Below, piece by piece: positions 53,438 through 63,257 of a DNA stretch of 64,000 bases (positions are counted from its first letter, which is position 1; each line of letters opens with the position of its first letter). The notes below the pieces were generated by a model, which worked only from the letters and a program-made list of their open reading frames with translations, had not been told where the DNA came from and did not search any database. The stretch is from Verrucomicrobiota bacterium. GTDB taxonomy: Bacteria > Verrucomicrobiota > Verrucomicrobiia > Limisphaerales > UBA11358. Made by a program: the position numbers and the translations under genes. Location of the stretch: positions 7,465-71,464 of the forward strand of contig JBEKKN010000001.1 of NCBI GenBank assembly GCA_050010675.1, given 5' to 3'.

Positions 53438-54072
53438 AACGGCCTGTCTTTCATCCCGGGATCCGAGAATTGGCTGTTGAGGGCGTTCATTCCGCGCAGC
53501 TTGTCCAAGGCGTGGAACAACCGGGATTTGACGGTTCCCACGGAACAGCCCAGGGCCACGGCAATTCCTTCCAATGAATCGTCCGCAAAAAAACGCAGAT
53601 AAACGACCTGCTGCTGTTTGGCCGGCAACAGCTGGATGCAGGCCCGCACTTGCGCGGCCCGTTCGTGGCGCTGGGTTGTTTCGTCTGGCAGTGAGTCATG
53701 GTCAGACAGGCTGGCGAGGTTTTCTTGAAATTCATCACGGTCGTGCCGGGCGCAGGCTGAAAAGGGCAGCGGACGTTTTTGGCGGAGCAGGTTACGGTGG
53801 CGATTTAACAGGATGGCGTAAAGCCAGGTGAAAAACCGGCACTGCCCGTTGTATCGGCGCAGACATTTCCAGGCTTCGACCAGGGCATCCTGCGCCAGGT
53901 CTTCGGCCAGGGTGGCGTCGCCACAGAGTGTCATGGCCTGTCGCAGGAGGCGGGTTTCGTAAACGCGGCAAATCGCGCCGAACGCCTCGGCATCACCTCC
54001 CTGAGCCAGATCCAGCAGGTTCCGCGTGTCTGGGGCTTCGATTTCCACGAACGTTGGATTCAGGCTGAACAC
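53434..54072 (-). CDS. ECF-type RNA polymerase sigma factor
   Basis: Region 2 (LAQDALVEAWKCLRRY) and region 4 HTH (IAVALGCSVGTVKSRLFHALDKLR). GTG start. Confidence 0.85.
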   Translation of the reverse strand: MFSLNPTFVEIEAPDTRNLLDLAQGGDAEAFGAICRVYETRLLRQAMTLCGDATLAEDLAQDALVEAWKCLRRYNGQCRFFTWLYAILLNRHRNLLRQKRPLPFSACARHDRDEFQENLASLSDHDSLPDETTQRHERAAQVRACIQLLPAKQQQVVYLRFFADDSLEGIAVALGCSVGTVKSRLFHALDKLRGMNALNSQFSDPGMKDRPL

Positions 54073-54148
54073 ATCTCAGTTATAATTCAAAAACCCGGAC
54101 AATTCCACCAAGGAACTGTCCGGCTCCATTGGTTTGTAGCGTGGTGAA

Positions 54149-55399
54149 TCACGGGGACATGGCCTGGCCGGCGTATTTTCCGTTCACGTGAAAAGGCGGG
54201 CCGTCCTTTTCGACGAAAATCATCGCCTCCGGAAATCCACGCCCGGCGTAGGCTGATTTGAGTTCAAACCCGCGATCCACGCCTTCGAAAACAAAGCGTT
54301 GGAATTGAAACGGGCCATGCCCGTAAGGATCGTTGACGCTTTGCAATCCGGCTTCGCCATGCAGTTTATATTCCACCGCCGCACGTACCATGGCCGAGTC
54401 CGTCAGGCTTGCGAATTCCTTAACCCGGGCTTTTTCAAAATCGGGAAAGATGGCGGCAATGAGCGGGTTGGACGATTTTCGTATGTCCGCGTAGAACAGT
54501 TTAATCTGCACTTCAAATTCCGGCTGGGGCAACGCGGCGATGGCGTCGAGGCGCGTGTACATTGGTTGCATTTCGCGCACCAGCTTTAGAAAGCCCTCAC
54601 TCGTTCCTCCCGTGGCCGCCACAATTCTTGACCAGGTGTTGGTGTCCAGCTGCCCGGCATCTCCGAAATCCTCAAAAATACTGCGGAAGCTGTCCAACAC
54701 CTTCGCATCATCTCCGGGATACTCCTTGCGCAATTCCGAGACTCTGGCCTCCGCCCAATCGGAGAAGCAATGCGATTCCGTGGTGGCGATGGCATTGGCC
54801 ATCGTGCCACGGGGCGGGGCGGCATCGAATCCCTCCATCAATTCCTTCAAGGTTTCCGGGGAGAAACGTCCGAAATTCGCTGCAACGGTGGAATTGACGA
54901 TGGCTTCGCCGGCGATTTGGACCAGCACCGCGATCAGGCTGTTGTCGCGTGAACCATTCCGGGCGAGCGTGAACGCCGCGATCAAATCATCGCCTGCACC
55001 GGCTTGAAGGCCATTCTGCAGGTTCCAGATGGCCCGCAACTGCGCCATTTGGATGGTCGCCTTGACGCGAGCCAGATGAGGAAGAAAGGTGTACGGACCC
55101 GCGCTCCAATCGATGCCCCAATCGCAGGGCACGGTGGCGTGCGCCGCCTGGCGCACCAGTTTAAACTCATTGTCAGACTGGCTAACGAGTTCGCCGAACC
55201 TTGCCGGGAGCTGCTGACCCTGCCACTGATTAGTAAACAGATAATCGTGGTCGGCTTGGGGCAACTGCGCGCCCATGATAAATGACTGATAGTAGAGCAG
55301 GGCCGGGTTGATGTCCGTGCGATACGGCTCGGCACGTGAACCAAGCACGGTTCCCGTCAGAATCAGCGTTAAAAGGCAGATGGTTTTCGGGTTTTTCAT
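54149..55399 (-). CDS. hypothetical secreted protein, first gene of the ECF sigma operon
   Basis: 416 aa with signal peptide MKNPKTICLLTLILTGTVLGSRA, and mostly helical by composition. No family recognised. Confidence 0.7.
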   Translation of the reverse strand: MKNPKTICLLTLILTGTVLGSRAEPYRTDINPALLYYQSFIMGAQLPQADHDYLFTNQWQGQQLPARFGELVSQSDNEFKLVRQAAHATVPCDWGIDWSAGPYTFLPHLARVKATIQMAQLRAIWNLQNGLQAGAGDDLIAAFTLARNGSRDNSLIAVLVQIAGEAIVNSTVAANFGRFSPETLKELMEGFDAAPPRGTMANAIATTESHCFSDWAEARVSELRKEYPGDDAKVLDSFRSIFEDFGDAGQLDTNTWSRIVAATGGTSEGFLKLVREMQPMYTRLDAIAALPQPEFEVQIKLFYADIRKSSNPLIAAIFPDFEKARVKEFASLTDSAMVRAAVEYKLHGEAGLQSVNDPYGHGPFQFQRFVFEGVDRGFELKSAYAGRGFPEAMIFVEKDGPPFHVNGKYAGQAMSP

Positions 55400-55430
55400 G
55401 GTAATGGTTGTAATTCCGTCTACCCGTTAA

Positions 55431-55455
55431 TAACGCCAGGTGACCAAAAGGTTCA
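55431..55455 (-). promoter_or_regulatory. possible ECF-type promoter (TGAACC-N14-CGTTA) upstream of the secreted-protein/sigma/anti-sigma operon
   Basis: The minus strand reads TGAACCttttggtcacctggCGTTA and ends 31 nt before ATG 55399. It resembles the GGAAC-N16/17-CGTT class, but the spacer is 1-2 nt short. Confidence 0.25.
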
Positions 55456-55546
55456 TTCTTTTTTGGTGATTATGGGTTCGGCAGCAGATGCCGGTCTGAC
55501 TGAAAACTTTTTTCTTCGCGGGAGCCGAGGTGACGAAGCCCTGTCT

Positions 55547-55624
55547 GATTTACGATATTGGATTTACGATTTACGAGCTCTATCCACAATCCACGAGAAC
55601 CGCGTAAATCGTGTATCGTAAATC
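55547..55624. repeat. AT-rich inverted repeat built from TTTACGAT units
   Basis: GATTTACGATATTGGATTTACG...(~34 nt)...CGTAAATCGTGTATCGTAAATC. There are five copies of (G)ATTTACG(A) in the two orientations. It lies 46 nt 3' of the M20 gene and upstream of the ECF operon. Confidence 0.8.
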
Positions 55625-55669
55625 GAACATAATGAGCCTCCTCACGTTGGCTGCTACTTCAACTGGCCG

Positions 55670-57073
55670 TCAGCTGCTTTTCGCCAACTCCTGCCAGAGC
55701 AAAGCGCTCATGCGTTGGCCGCCTTCAAAACAATCCAGATTGAATTTTTCGTTTGGTGAATGGGCATTATCGTCAGGCAAACCCAAACCGAGCAACAAGG
55801 AATCCGCGCCGAGGATGGTTTTGAATTCATTCACAATGGGGATGGAGCCGCCTTCGCGCATGAGGACCGGCTCCCGGTGAAATGCCTGGCGTAACGCGCG
55901 CAATGCCGCCTGGGCTTGGGGGCCGTCGGGTGAAACGAGATAGGCTTCCGCGCCGTGACCGGCTGCGATTTCCATTCGCACCGTCGGGGGACAGATTTGC
56001 CTGAGGTAACCGCAAACCACCCTGCGGACGTGGGCTGGTCGCTGGTTGGGCACGAGGCGGCAGGTGATTTTGGCGCGCGCCCACGCGGGCACGATGGTTT
56101 TGCTGCCCGCGCCCTGATATCCGCTGGTGAGGCCGTTGATTTCAAACGTCGGGCGTGCGGTGCGCTGTTCGAGGGGCGTAAAGCCGTGTTCGCCGAACAA
56201 TTTTTTCACGCCCAGCAGTTTCTGGAGTTGACGGTCGGAAGTGGGCAGGCGTTTGAATTGTTTGCGCTCATAAGCCGAGAGGGGCGCGATGTGGTCGTAA
56301 AACCCGGGAATGGTGACGCGGCCGTTCCGGTCGCGGAGCCGGGCGAGCAACTGGCTCAAAGCCATCGCCGGATTGTCCACGGCGCCGCCAAAAATACCGG
56401 AGTGCAAATCGCGCGCCGGGCCACGCAGGGTGATTTCAAATGCAATGATGCCGCGCAAGGCATAGGTCAAGGCCGGATGATTGGCATCGGGCATGCCGGT
56501 GTCGGAAACGACGACGGCGTCGCATTTCAGTTCGTTGCGGTGGGACCTGAGAAATTTCGACAGGTTGGCGCTGCCAACCTCCTCCTCGCCTTCGATGACG
56601 AACGTAAGGTCACAGGGCAGGGGGGTACCGGTTTTCAAATAGGCTTCGACGGCCTTGAGATGGGCAAAATGCTGGCCCTTGTTGTCGGTGGAACCGCGGG
56701 CAAAAATTGAGCGGCCGGCGATGCGGGGCTCGAATGGCCGCGACTTCCATAAATCCAGCGGTTCCGGCGGCTGCACGTCGTAATGGCCATAGACCATGAA
56801 ATGTGGGCGCCCGCCTTCGCCGTGCTTCGGCGCGGCAAGGCGCGAGGATTTGGCGCGGGGCGTTTTGGCAACAACGATGGGATGTCCCCGGGTCGGGCAG
56901 ACGCGGGCATCGAGGCCGATCTGGCGGCAATGGCTGGCGAGCCAGGCGGCGCAGGCCTGTAAATCTTTTTTATGCTGTGGCTGGGCGGAGATGCTGGGGA
57001 GGCGGAGAAATTCGCACAACTCGGCCACGAAGCGGGCCTGGTGGCGTTTCAAATAATCGAGCACCAATTGCAT
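55670..57073 (-). CDS. M20 family dipeptidase/metallohydrolase
   Basis: 467 aa. HFMVYGHYDVQP, RGSTDNKG and the EGEEEVGS metal-binding signatures. Confidence 0.85.
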   Translation of the reverse strand: MQLVLDYLKRHQARFVAELCEFLRLPSISAQPQHKKDLQACAAWLASHCRQIGLDARVCPTRGHPIVVAKTPRAKSSRLAAPKHGEGGRPHFMVYGHYDVQPPEPLDLWKSRPFEPRIAGRSIFARGSTDNKGQHFAHLKAVEAYLKTGTPLPCDLTFVIEGEEEVGSANLSKFLRSHRNELKCDAVVVSDTGMPDANHPALTYALRGIIAFEITLRGPARDLHSGIFGGAVDNPAMALSQLLARLRDRNGRVTIPGFYDHIAPLSAYERKQFKRLPTSDRQLQKLLGVKKLFGEHGFTPLEQRTARPTFEINGLTSGYQGAGSKTIVPAWARAKITCRLVPNQRPAHVRRVVCGYLRQICPPTVRMEIAAGHGAEAYLVSPDGPQAQAALRALRQAFHREPVLMREGGSIPIVNEFKTILGADSLLLGLGLPDDNAHSPNEKFNLDCFEGGQRMSALLWQELAKSS

Positions 57074-57192
57074 GGCGCCTAGCTAAGCGATGAAACGCGC
57101 CGTTGCCAAGCAGAACCGGTTGAAAAATCAGCCGAAAACCTGCTTGCGAAGAACGGATTATTGCCGGTTGCAGGCGCACGGCTTGCCGCCAT

Positions 57193-57351
57193 TCAACTGC
57201 CGGCCGAATTTGCCAGAACGAACATGGCGGTGACGATGCCGGCGACAAAGAAGCCCACGGCCAAGGCCGCCATAAGCGTTTTGATTTCGCGCTTTTGACG
57301 GTCTGGCGGCAACCGCGGAAACAGCCATTTTCCCAACCGATCTGTGGTCAT
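57193..57351 (-). CDS. possible 52-aa single-TM protein (below the ORF-track cutoff)
   Basis: My own translation gives MTTDRLGKWLFPRLPPDRQKREIKTLMAALAVGFFVAGIVTAMFVLANSAGS. An AAAGG lies 9 nt upstream of the ATG. Confidence 0.3.
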   Translation of the reverse strand: MTTDRLGKWLFPRLPPDRQKREIKTLMAALAVGFFVAGIVTAMFVLANSAGS

Positions 57352-57566
57352 AACCGGCCTTTACTTTCAGTTGAGTTCCGGCATTTCTGACTTCAAATCC
57401 CGGACCAAATCAAGCGAATCCGTTCAATTGGCAATTTTGGCAAAGATATCACCAAAATAGGGCAAGCTCTTTCCAAATCTATTGGACGACGGTGCATCAT
57501 GAGAAGCATTTCCGTTGAAATACGGCCGGGTTTGTTTCCGGTCGTCACGACGGAGTCAAACTGCCT

Positions 57567-58040
57567 ATGACAGAACCGACGCCCAATGCCCGGCTGAAAA
57601 GGATTTTGGTGGCGGACGACAACAAGGTCATTCTGAAGGCGGTGACCTTGGTGCTGCAGGCCCATGGCTACGAAGTGGTGACGGCCACGGATGGTTCCGC
57701 GGTGGTGAAGGTGGTGGACCAGGAAAAGCCGGATTTGATTTTGCTCGATATCCTGTTCCCGCCTAACGTCGGTGGAATTTCCTGGGACGGCTTTGCGATC
57801 ATGCGCTGGCTGCGCAACATGAGCGGCGCCAAGGATGTTCCGGTTATCATCATCTCCGGCACCGATCCGGAGAAATACCAGGAACGTTGTCTGGCGGCGG
57901 GGGCGGCGGCCTTCCTTCACAAACCCCTGGACGCGGACAAACTCATAGCGGCCATCCGCGCGGTTCTCGGGGAAAATTGCGCCCAGGCGACGGAGCTGGC
58001 GCGGAATGAGGAGTACGATGATTTTGGCGGCGGGCTTTGA
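57567..58040 (+). CDS. stand-alone response regulator receiver protein
   Basis: ILVADDNKVILKAV and the phospho-acceptor context PDLILLDILFP, then VPVIIISG. There is no output domain. Confidence 0.85.
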   Translation: MTEPTPNARLKRILVADDNKVILKAVTLVLQAHGYEVVTATDGSAVVKVVDQEKPDLILLDILFPPNVGGISWDGFAIMRWLRNMSGAKDVPVIIISGTDPEKYQERCLAAGAAAFLHKPLDADKLIAAIRAVLGENCAQATELARNEEYDDFGGGL

Positions 58041-58091
58041 ACGTGTCCGGCTGGTTTCACGAACAAATGGCTTCAAGATTTTCAGCCGCTG

Positions 58092-58289
58092 GTGGATAAA
58101 ATATTGGACGGCGAGTCCAGCCAAAGTCCGATGCTGCCGGTGATTGTGTTTTTGAATCCGGACGCCACGCAAGTCCTCGCCAAGGTTTTTTTCGAACCCG
58201 ATTTTGTGAAGCGTGCGCATGCGCTGGCCGACTCCCTGGGCGAGGCTGAGGCAAAAGTGGACGCCGCGTCAAACCCGGTAAACCAATAG
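58092..58289 (+). CDS. hypothetical small protein
   Basis: 65-aa ORF with a GTG start, in frame with and 51 nt after the receiver stop. No family recognised. Confidence 0.3.
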   Translation: MDKILDGESSQSPMLPVIVFLNPDATQVLAKVFFEPDFVKRAHALADSLGEAEAKVDAASNPVNQ

Positions 58290-58314
58290 AACGGCCGGCG
58301 GCAGGCGGCTTATT

Positions 58315-58385
58315 TTAGAGCGTGTTAAATAGAGCTGTGACCTGGCTGGGAAGTCCGACCCGAAAATTCCGCGAGGTTTTTGGCT
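58315..58385 (+). repeat. ~70-nt repeat, copy B
   Basis: TTAGAGCGTGTTAAATAGAGCTGTGACCTGGCT...AATTCCGCGAGGTTTTTGG. It begins 25 nt after the preceding stop and is inverted relative to copy A. Confidence 0.75.
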
Positions 58386-58717
58386 GGCGATGCCCAAGAC
58401 GCTGACGCGCAATCCGCTTAACCCAGGCCAGCTTGCCGGCTACAGTATTTTTGAAACCGCTCCGTGACGCCATTGGCTACTCACCAACTCAGTTCCAGTA
58501 CACCCAGGCTCCGTGGGTGAAACGCCGGGCAGGGAGTCCGCCGGTCATACCTGTCACGGCAGGAGGGATTTCCAGTGGCAGAAGGTTGCGAAGCCGGATC
58601 CCGTTTGGACTTCAGACCACGAGGAAATGGGCCATTCTCAAGCCTTTTTTGGCATAAGAACCGCTTCGTTGCTTAAAAGGAAATTGTTTCAACATTCGAT
58701 TTGTGCCAGAGCGATAT

Positions 58718-60952
58718 ATGATTCATCCGCGCAAACTGTTGGAGGCCAGCTTCCGCGCCAAGGTGCTGGTTCCCGTGGTTGCCTGCATAATCGGGGCCAT
58801 GTTCAGCGTCTTCCTCATCGTCGATTACCGGGTGTCTGAACAATCGGAAATGGAGGCCCGCACCACGTTGACGACCGCCAACGCGGTCATCGGTTACTCG
58901 CAGGAACTCCAACGCAAGAATCTGTTGTTACGCTTTCACAATCTGCCCAACGAACCGCTCTGGCGGCATGTGTTCCTGCTGGGGGTTGGCAGTGCCCTGC
59001 ATGACACGCTGCGCCAGCTCATGGAAATGCAGAACGTGGACATCGTCTGTTTCGCCTCCAACAGCGGCAAGCTCCAGGACAGCGTGCAGAATGATCCCCT
59101 GATTCCAGTGCCTGAGTTTGTCACGGCGGCGGCCCCAGCCATGGGGCTGGCGTTGCGCGGCAGTGAAAGGGCCGACACGGTGCGGGTGGGCGACAAGCTT
59201 TACGATGTTGTGGTTATACCGGCCTACGACACGGATCAAAAACAAATCGGGGTGTTGATGGTGGGGTCGGAGCTGGGCGTCGCGGCGGCGCACGAATTCA
59301 GCCAGCTGGCCCAAAGCCAGATCATTCTGATTGCGGGCGGACACGTCATCGCCTCGACCCTGCCGGGACAGGATGGAAATCAAAAGTTTATCAATTATTT
59401 TAACGCGACGGCCGGGACATCCATCAGCGGCGACGCGACGGCGACCGTGAAATCCATGGTGCTGAACGGCGTGCATTATTATTGCGCCGCGAGCCAGTTC
59501 CCATCGTTGAGCGGCGACCGCAGCCTTGGCTATATACTGCTGAGTTCGGGTGAGCAGTCATTGATGGTGAAACATGCGACGCAACGCGTGCTGCTGGCCG
59601 TGAGCGTGCTCGCGATACTCGCCAGCGCCGCGGCGGTGTGGTTTTTCGTCAACCGGATCACGGAACCGCTGCGCGAGTTGCGCGACAGCGCCGAAGCGGT
59701 CGGGCGCGGCGATTTCACCCGGCGGGTGTCGGCGCACAGCCAGGACGAATGCGGCGAGCTGGCCGGCGTTTTCAACCAGATGACGGAAAACCTGCAATTA
59801 TCGCGGTCGCAACTGGAAGCCGCCCAGACCCAGTTATTGCAGAGTGAAAAATTGTCGGCCTTGGGCGAGTTTGTGGCGGGAGTGGCGCATGAGTTGAACA
59901 ACCCATTGACGTCGGTGGTTGGCTTTTCAGAAATCCTCAGGGGCGAGAATTTGGATGCCAAGAGCCAGCACTATTCGGACATGATTTTCAAGGCGGCGCA
60001 ACGCTGCCAGCGAATCGTCAGCCTGCTGCTGAGTTTCGCGCGCCCGCAGAAGCCCGAACGCAAGCCCGTGTCCGTGAATACCCTGGTTGAGTCGGTGCTG
60101 GAGATTGTCGGCTACCCACTGCGCACCAACAACATCGAGGTGGTGACGCGGCTGGATCCGGCACTGCCGCTGATCATGGCAGATGGAAATCAAGTTCAGC
60201 AGGTCGTGCTTAACATCCTCAACAACGCCAGCCAGGCCATCGAAGCAAACCAGGCGGAAGGGCGGATCGTCATCACGACCACAACGCAACGGGCCAGTGT
60301 GCGCATCATCATTCAGGACAATGGCCCGGGCATTCCGCAGGAGATTCTGCCCCGCATTTTTAATCCCTTCTTCACCACCAAGGGGGTGGGCAAGGGTACC
60401 GGTCTGGGCTTGAGCCTGTGCTACGGCATCATCAAGGAACACGGCGGCACCTTGACTCCGACGAGCCGCGCTGGTGAAGGCGCAACGTTTACCATCGATC
60501 TCCCCGCCCTGGAGTCAAACGGGAGCAAAGCCGAGGCGTCCGGATTGCCTTCACCCGAAAAGATTGACCGGCGCGAGGGGGCCGGCAAACGCGTGCTGAT
60601 CATTGATGACGAGGAACCCATTCTGAGTCTGGTCCGGGAAAACCTTGGGAACCACGGCTACGAGGTGATGGTGGCCCGGCACGGGGAGGCCGGGCTGAAC
60701 GAACTGAAGGAGAGTCGTTTTGATGTGACTTTTTGCGACTGGAAGATGCCCGGGTTGAACGGTCGCCAGGTTTACGAACGTCTGCGCACCACCAATCCGC
60801 AGCTTTGCCAGCGCATGGTTTTTATCACGGGCGACGTCATCAACGAACAAATGCGCCAGTTTCTTGAATCGGAAAAAGTTCCGTGTGTGACCAAGCCATT
60901 TGCGTTGCCGGAACTGCGTGCCGCCATCCGGACCGTGCTCAAGCGGGCCTGA
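58718..60952 (+). CDS. hybrid sensor histidine kinase/response regulator
   Basis: Two TM segments flank a roughly 270-aa periplasmic domain. It has HAMP, HisKA ([16 protein letters not shown]), HATPase ([18 protein letters not shown]) and a C-terminal REC (RVLIIDDEE...DWKMPGLNG). An alternative GTG start lies at 58703. Confidence 0.9.
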   Translation: MIHPRKLLEASFRAKVLVPVVACIIGAMFSVFLIVDYRVSEQSEMEARTTLTTANAVIGYSQELQRKNLLLRFHNLPNEPLWRHVFLLGVGSALHDTLRQLMEMQNVDIVCFASNSGKLQDSVQNDPLIPVPEFVTAAAPAMGLALRGSERADTVRVGDKLYDVVVIPAYDTDQKQIGVLMVGSELGVAAAHEFSQLAQSQIILIAGGHVIASTLPGQDGNQKFINYFNATAGTSISGDATATVKSMVLNGVHYYCAASQFPSLSGDRSLGYILLSSGEQSLMVKHATQRVLLAVSVLAILASAAAVWFFVNRITEPLRELRDSAEAVGRGDFTRRVSAHSQDECGELAGVFNQMTENLQLSRSQLEAAQTQLLQSEKLSALGEFVAGVAHELNNPLTSVVGFSEILRGENLDAKSQHYSDMIFKAAQRCQRIVSLLLSFARPQKPERKPVSVNTLVESVLEIVGYPLRTNNIEVVTRLDPALPLIMADGNQVQQVVLNILNNASQAIEANQAEGRIVITTTTQRASVRIIIQDNGPGIPQEILPRIFNPFFTTKGVGKGTGLGLSLCYGIIKEHGGTLTPTSRAGEGATFTIDLPALESNGSKAEASGLPSPEKIDRREGAGKRVLIIDDEEPILSLVRENLGNHGYEVMVARHGEAGLNELKESRFDVTFCDWKMPGLNGRQVYERLRTTNPQLCQRMVFITGDVINEQMRQFLESEKVPCVTKPFALPELRAAIRTVLKRA

Positions 60953-61013
60953 CCCCCTGGAAAACAGGTGCGAATTAGCTGGTTTAACCGTTTGATCCGG
61001 TGCAAGCTCTGAC

Positions 61014-61262
61014 ATGAGCAAAACGAAGCCCGCGGGACGGAAGCCTTTGCAACCCTTGGAAACAGGTCAGGTTTGGCGCGTGACGGGATTGAATTTCACG
61101 GTGGGACTCATTGGCAAATGGCTGGTGCATTACAAACTGGCCAAGCCCAATGCCGTCCGAATATCCAATTCCGTTGGCGGCCGGACCACCATTGAGAAAT
61201 ATTTGAAGAAGAACAAGGCGGTCCTGGTAAAAAAGGTAAAACAAAAGCCGGTCATGGCGTAG
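61014..61262 (+). CDS. hypothetical small basic protein
   Basis: 82-aa ORF with no family recognised. The competing antisense ORF is equally unsupported. Confidence 0.35.
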   Translation: MSKTKPAGRKPLQPLETGQVWRVTGLNFTVGLIGKWLVHYKLAKPNAVRISNSVGGRTTIEKYLKKNKAVLVKKVKQKPVMA

Positions 61263-61481
61263 AATAATCGGTTCGGGAAAGTGGACTTTGTGAGCCGGGC
61301 CAACAAGGTGGTTCGGCTTTTTTGGTTTTCAAACCCCTCCTTCAGGCCTCATCGTTCGAGCCGGAATTCATGAACCGGAGAACAGCACGTTTGAGTTGCC
61401 CGGCAATCCCCTTTTTCCAGGTTTGTGCCGGCTGGAAGAGTATGCTAATCTGCCCGAGAAGTTTAAATCATTGTTGATCGC

Positions 61482-62462
61482 TTGAAAGATCCAAACAAAA
61501 TATCTGCCCGCGACGTCACCGACCCGGTGGTTTACTTTAATCGGCGGAGATTCATCCAGGCGGGGATCCTCGCGGCCAGTGCCGTGGCCACCGGCATGGT
61601 TTATCGGCGCCTTAATCCCGTGGCTGCGGGCAAGGTGAACACGCCGGTCATTGAAGGGGTCATCAAGTCCACTCCGACCACCGCCGATGCCATGGGCTTC
61701 CGTGTGGATGAACCGGAGACTTCGCTCGAGGACATCACGCATTACAACAATTTCTACGAATTTTCGACCGACAAGGAAGGCGTGGCGCCGGCCGCGGCCG
61801 GATTTGACGCCACAGGCTGGCAGGTATCGGTTGAAGGGTTGGTGAAAAAGCCCAGGGTCTTCGGCCTCGACGATTTGTTAAAAATCAGCCCGCCAGAGGA
61901 ACGCATCTATCGCATGCGTTGTGTCGAGGCGTGGTCCATGGTGATTCCATGGGTCGGTTTTTCGCTGTCCAAACTGCTCGACGCGGTCGAGCCCTTGAGC
62001 GGCGCGAACTATGTTGCTTTCGAGACCTTGCTGGATCCCAAACGGATGCCGGGGCAGCGGAGTGATGTGCTCGACTGGCCGTATGTCGAAGGTTTGCGGA
62101 TGGACGAGGCGATGCATCCGTTGACGATTCTGGCGAGCGGGATTTATGGACGGGCCCTGCCGCCGCAGGATGGCGCGCCTCTCCGGCTGGTCGTGCCCTG
62201 GAAATACGGGTTCAAGGGCATCAAATCCATTGTCAAAATCAAGTTGGTGGCCGCGCAACCGCGCACGACGTGGAGCGCCGCTGCGCCAGACGAATACGGT
62301 TTCTATGCCAACGTGAATCCGCACGTGGATCATCCGCGCTGGAGCCAGGCCACCGAACAGCGCATCGGCGAATCGGGCCGCCGCCCGACCCTGATGTTTA
62401 ATGGCTACGAGGCGGAAGTCGGCCATTTATACGCCGGCATGGATTTGCGCGCGAATTTCTAG
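61482..62462 (+). CDS. msrP: protein-methionine-sulfoxide reductase catalytic subunit (molybdopterin, Tat-exported)
   Basis: Tat motif [21 protein letters not shown] and [14 protein letters not shown] resemble YedY/MsrP. TTG start at 61482. Confidence 0.9.
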   Translation: MKDPNKISARDVTDPVVYFNRRRFIQAGILAASAVATGMVYRRLNPVAAGKVNTPVIEGVIKSTPTTADAMGFRVDEPETSLEDITHYNNFYEFSTDKEGVAPAAAGFDATGWQVSVEGLVKKPRVFGLDDLLKISPPEERIYRMRCVEAWSMVIPWVGFSLSKLLDAVEPLSGANYVAFETLLDPKRMPGQRSDVLDWPYVEGLRMDEAMHPLTILASGIYGRALPPQDGAPLRLVVPWKYGFKGIKSIVKIKLVAAQPRTTWSAAAPDEYGFYANVNPHVDHPRWSQATEQRIGESGRRPTLMFNGYEAEVGHLYAGMDLRANF

Positions 62463-62467
62463 CTGGC

Positions 62468-63106
62468 ATGAAAGAAAACGACATCCGTTTCGCCAAACTC
62501 CTGATTTTGATCAACGGCGCGGTGCCGCTGGCGTTGCTGGTGTGGGACCAGTCGCATCACCGGCTCGGCGCGAACCCGCAAAATTTCCTCATCCTGACGA
62601 CGGGCATGATGACGTTGATTTTCCTGGTGCTGACGATGGCGGTGACGCCCCTGCGCAAAGTGACCGGTTGGAACTGGCTGATTCAATTTCGACGGATGCT
62701 CGGGCTTTATGCCTTCTTTTATGGCTGCCTGCATTTCCTGTGTTTCTTCAGCCTGGACCGCGGTTTCAGCGTTTCCAGCACGCTGACGGAAATGGTAAAG
62801 CGCAAATACCTGATTGTTGGCAGCACCGCGCTGTTGGTGATGCTGCCCCTGGCCATCACTTCGACCAACGCGATGATCAAGCGGCTCGGCGGCAAACGCT
62901 GGCGGGCGCTGCATCGGCTGGCCTACGTGGCTGCCATCGCCGGCGTGATTCACTTTTACATGCAGGTGAAAGCCGACGTGCGGCTGCCGCTGGTGTTTGC
63001 GACGGTCTTGGCCGTCCTGCTTGGATACCGATTGATGGAATATTGGCGGCGTCCCAAACCCATGACTCCGGCACCGGCCGCTGCCAAATCAAAACCGGGG
63101 ATGTAA
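62468..63106 (+). CDS. msrQ: protein-methionine-sulfoxide reductase heme-binding membrane subunit
   Basis: 212 aa with a 6-TM ferric-reductase-like domain and conserved His (YGCLHFL, AGVIHFY). It lies directly after msrP. Confidence 0.9.
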   Translation: MKENDIRFAKLLILINGAVPLALLVWDQSHHRLGANPQNFLILTTGMMTLIFLVLTMAVTPLRKVTGWNWLIQFRRMLGLYAFFYGCLHFLCFFSLDRGFSVSSTLTEMVKRKYLIVGSTALLVMLPLAITSTNAMIKRLGGKRWRALHRLAYVAAIAGVIHFYMQVKADVRLPLVFATVLAVLLGYRLMEYWRRPKPMTPAPAAAKSKPGM

Positions 63107-63218
63107 AGTGAGCGGAATGCCACTACGCCGGCAAATTTCCTTTTCTTCAACCGTTTTCCGGCTATCTTGCTTTTTCGTTTTGGGAGGGTTGCCGTGCCGG
63201 CGACCCTGAATTATTTTT

Positions 63219-63239
63219 GGGACGGCGACACGCCGTCCC
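63219..63239 (+). other. strong stem-loop in the msrQ-lepA spacer
   Basis: GGGACGGCG-ACA-CGCCGTCCC, a perfect 9-bp GC-rich stem preceded by a T-run and ending 19 nt before the lepA ATG. Confidence 0.5.
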
Positions 63240-63257
63240 TCCCGGCAACGTTTGCAA

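Noticed and set aside
49911-58314. Calling the repeat-bracketed 8.4-kb segment a mobile element or genomic island.
   Set aside because: It has no transposase, integrase, recombinase, tRNA attachment site or phage genes. Its cargo is housekeeping (queG, aroK, maf). An inversion or a shared 3' element is more parsimonious.
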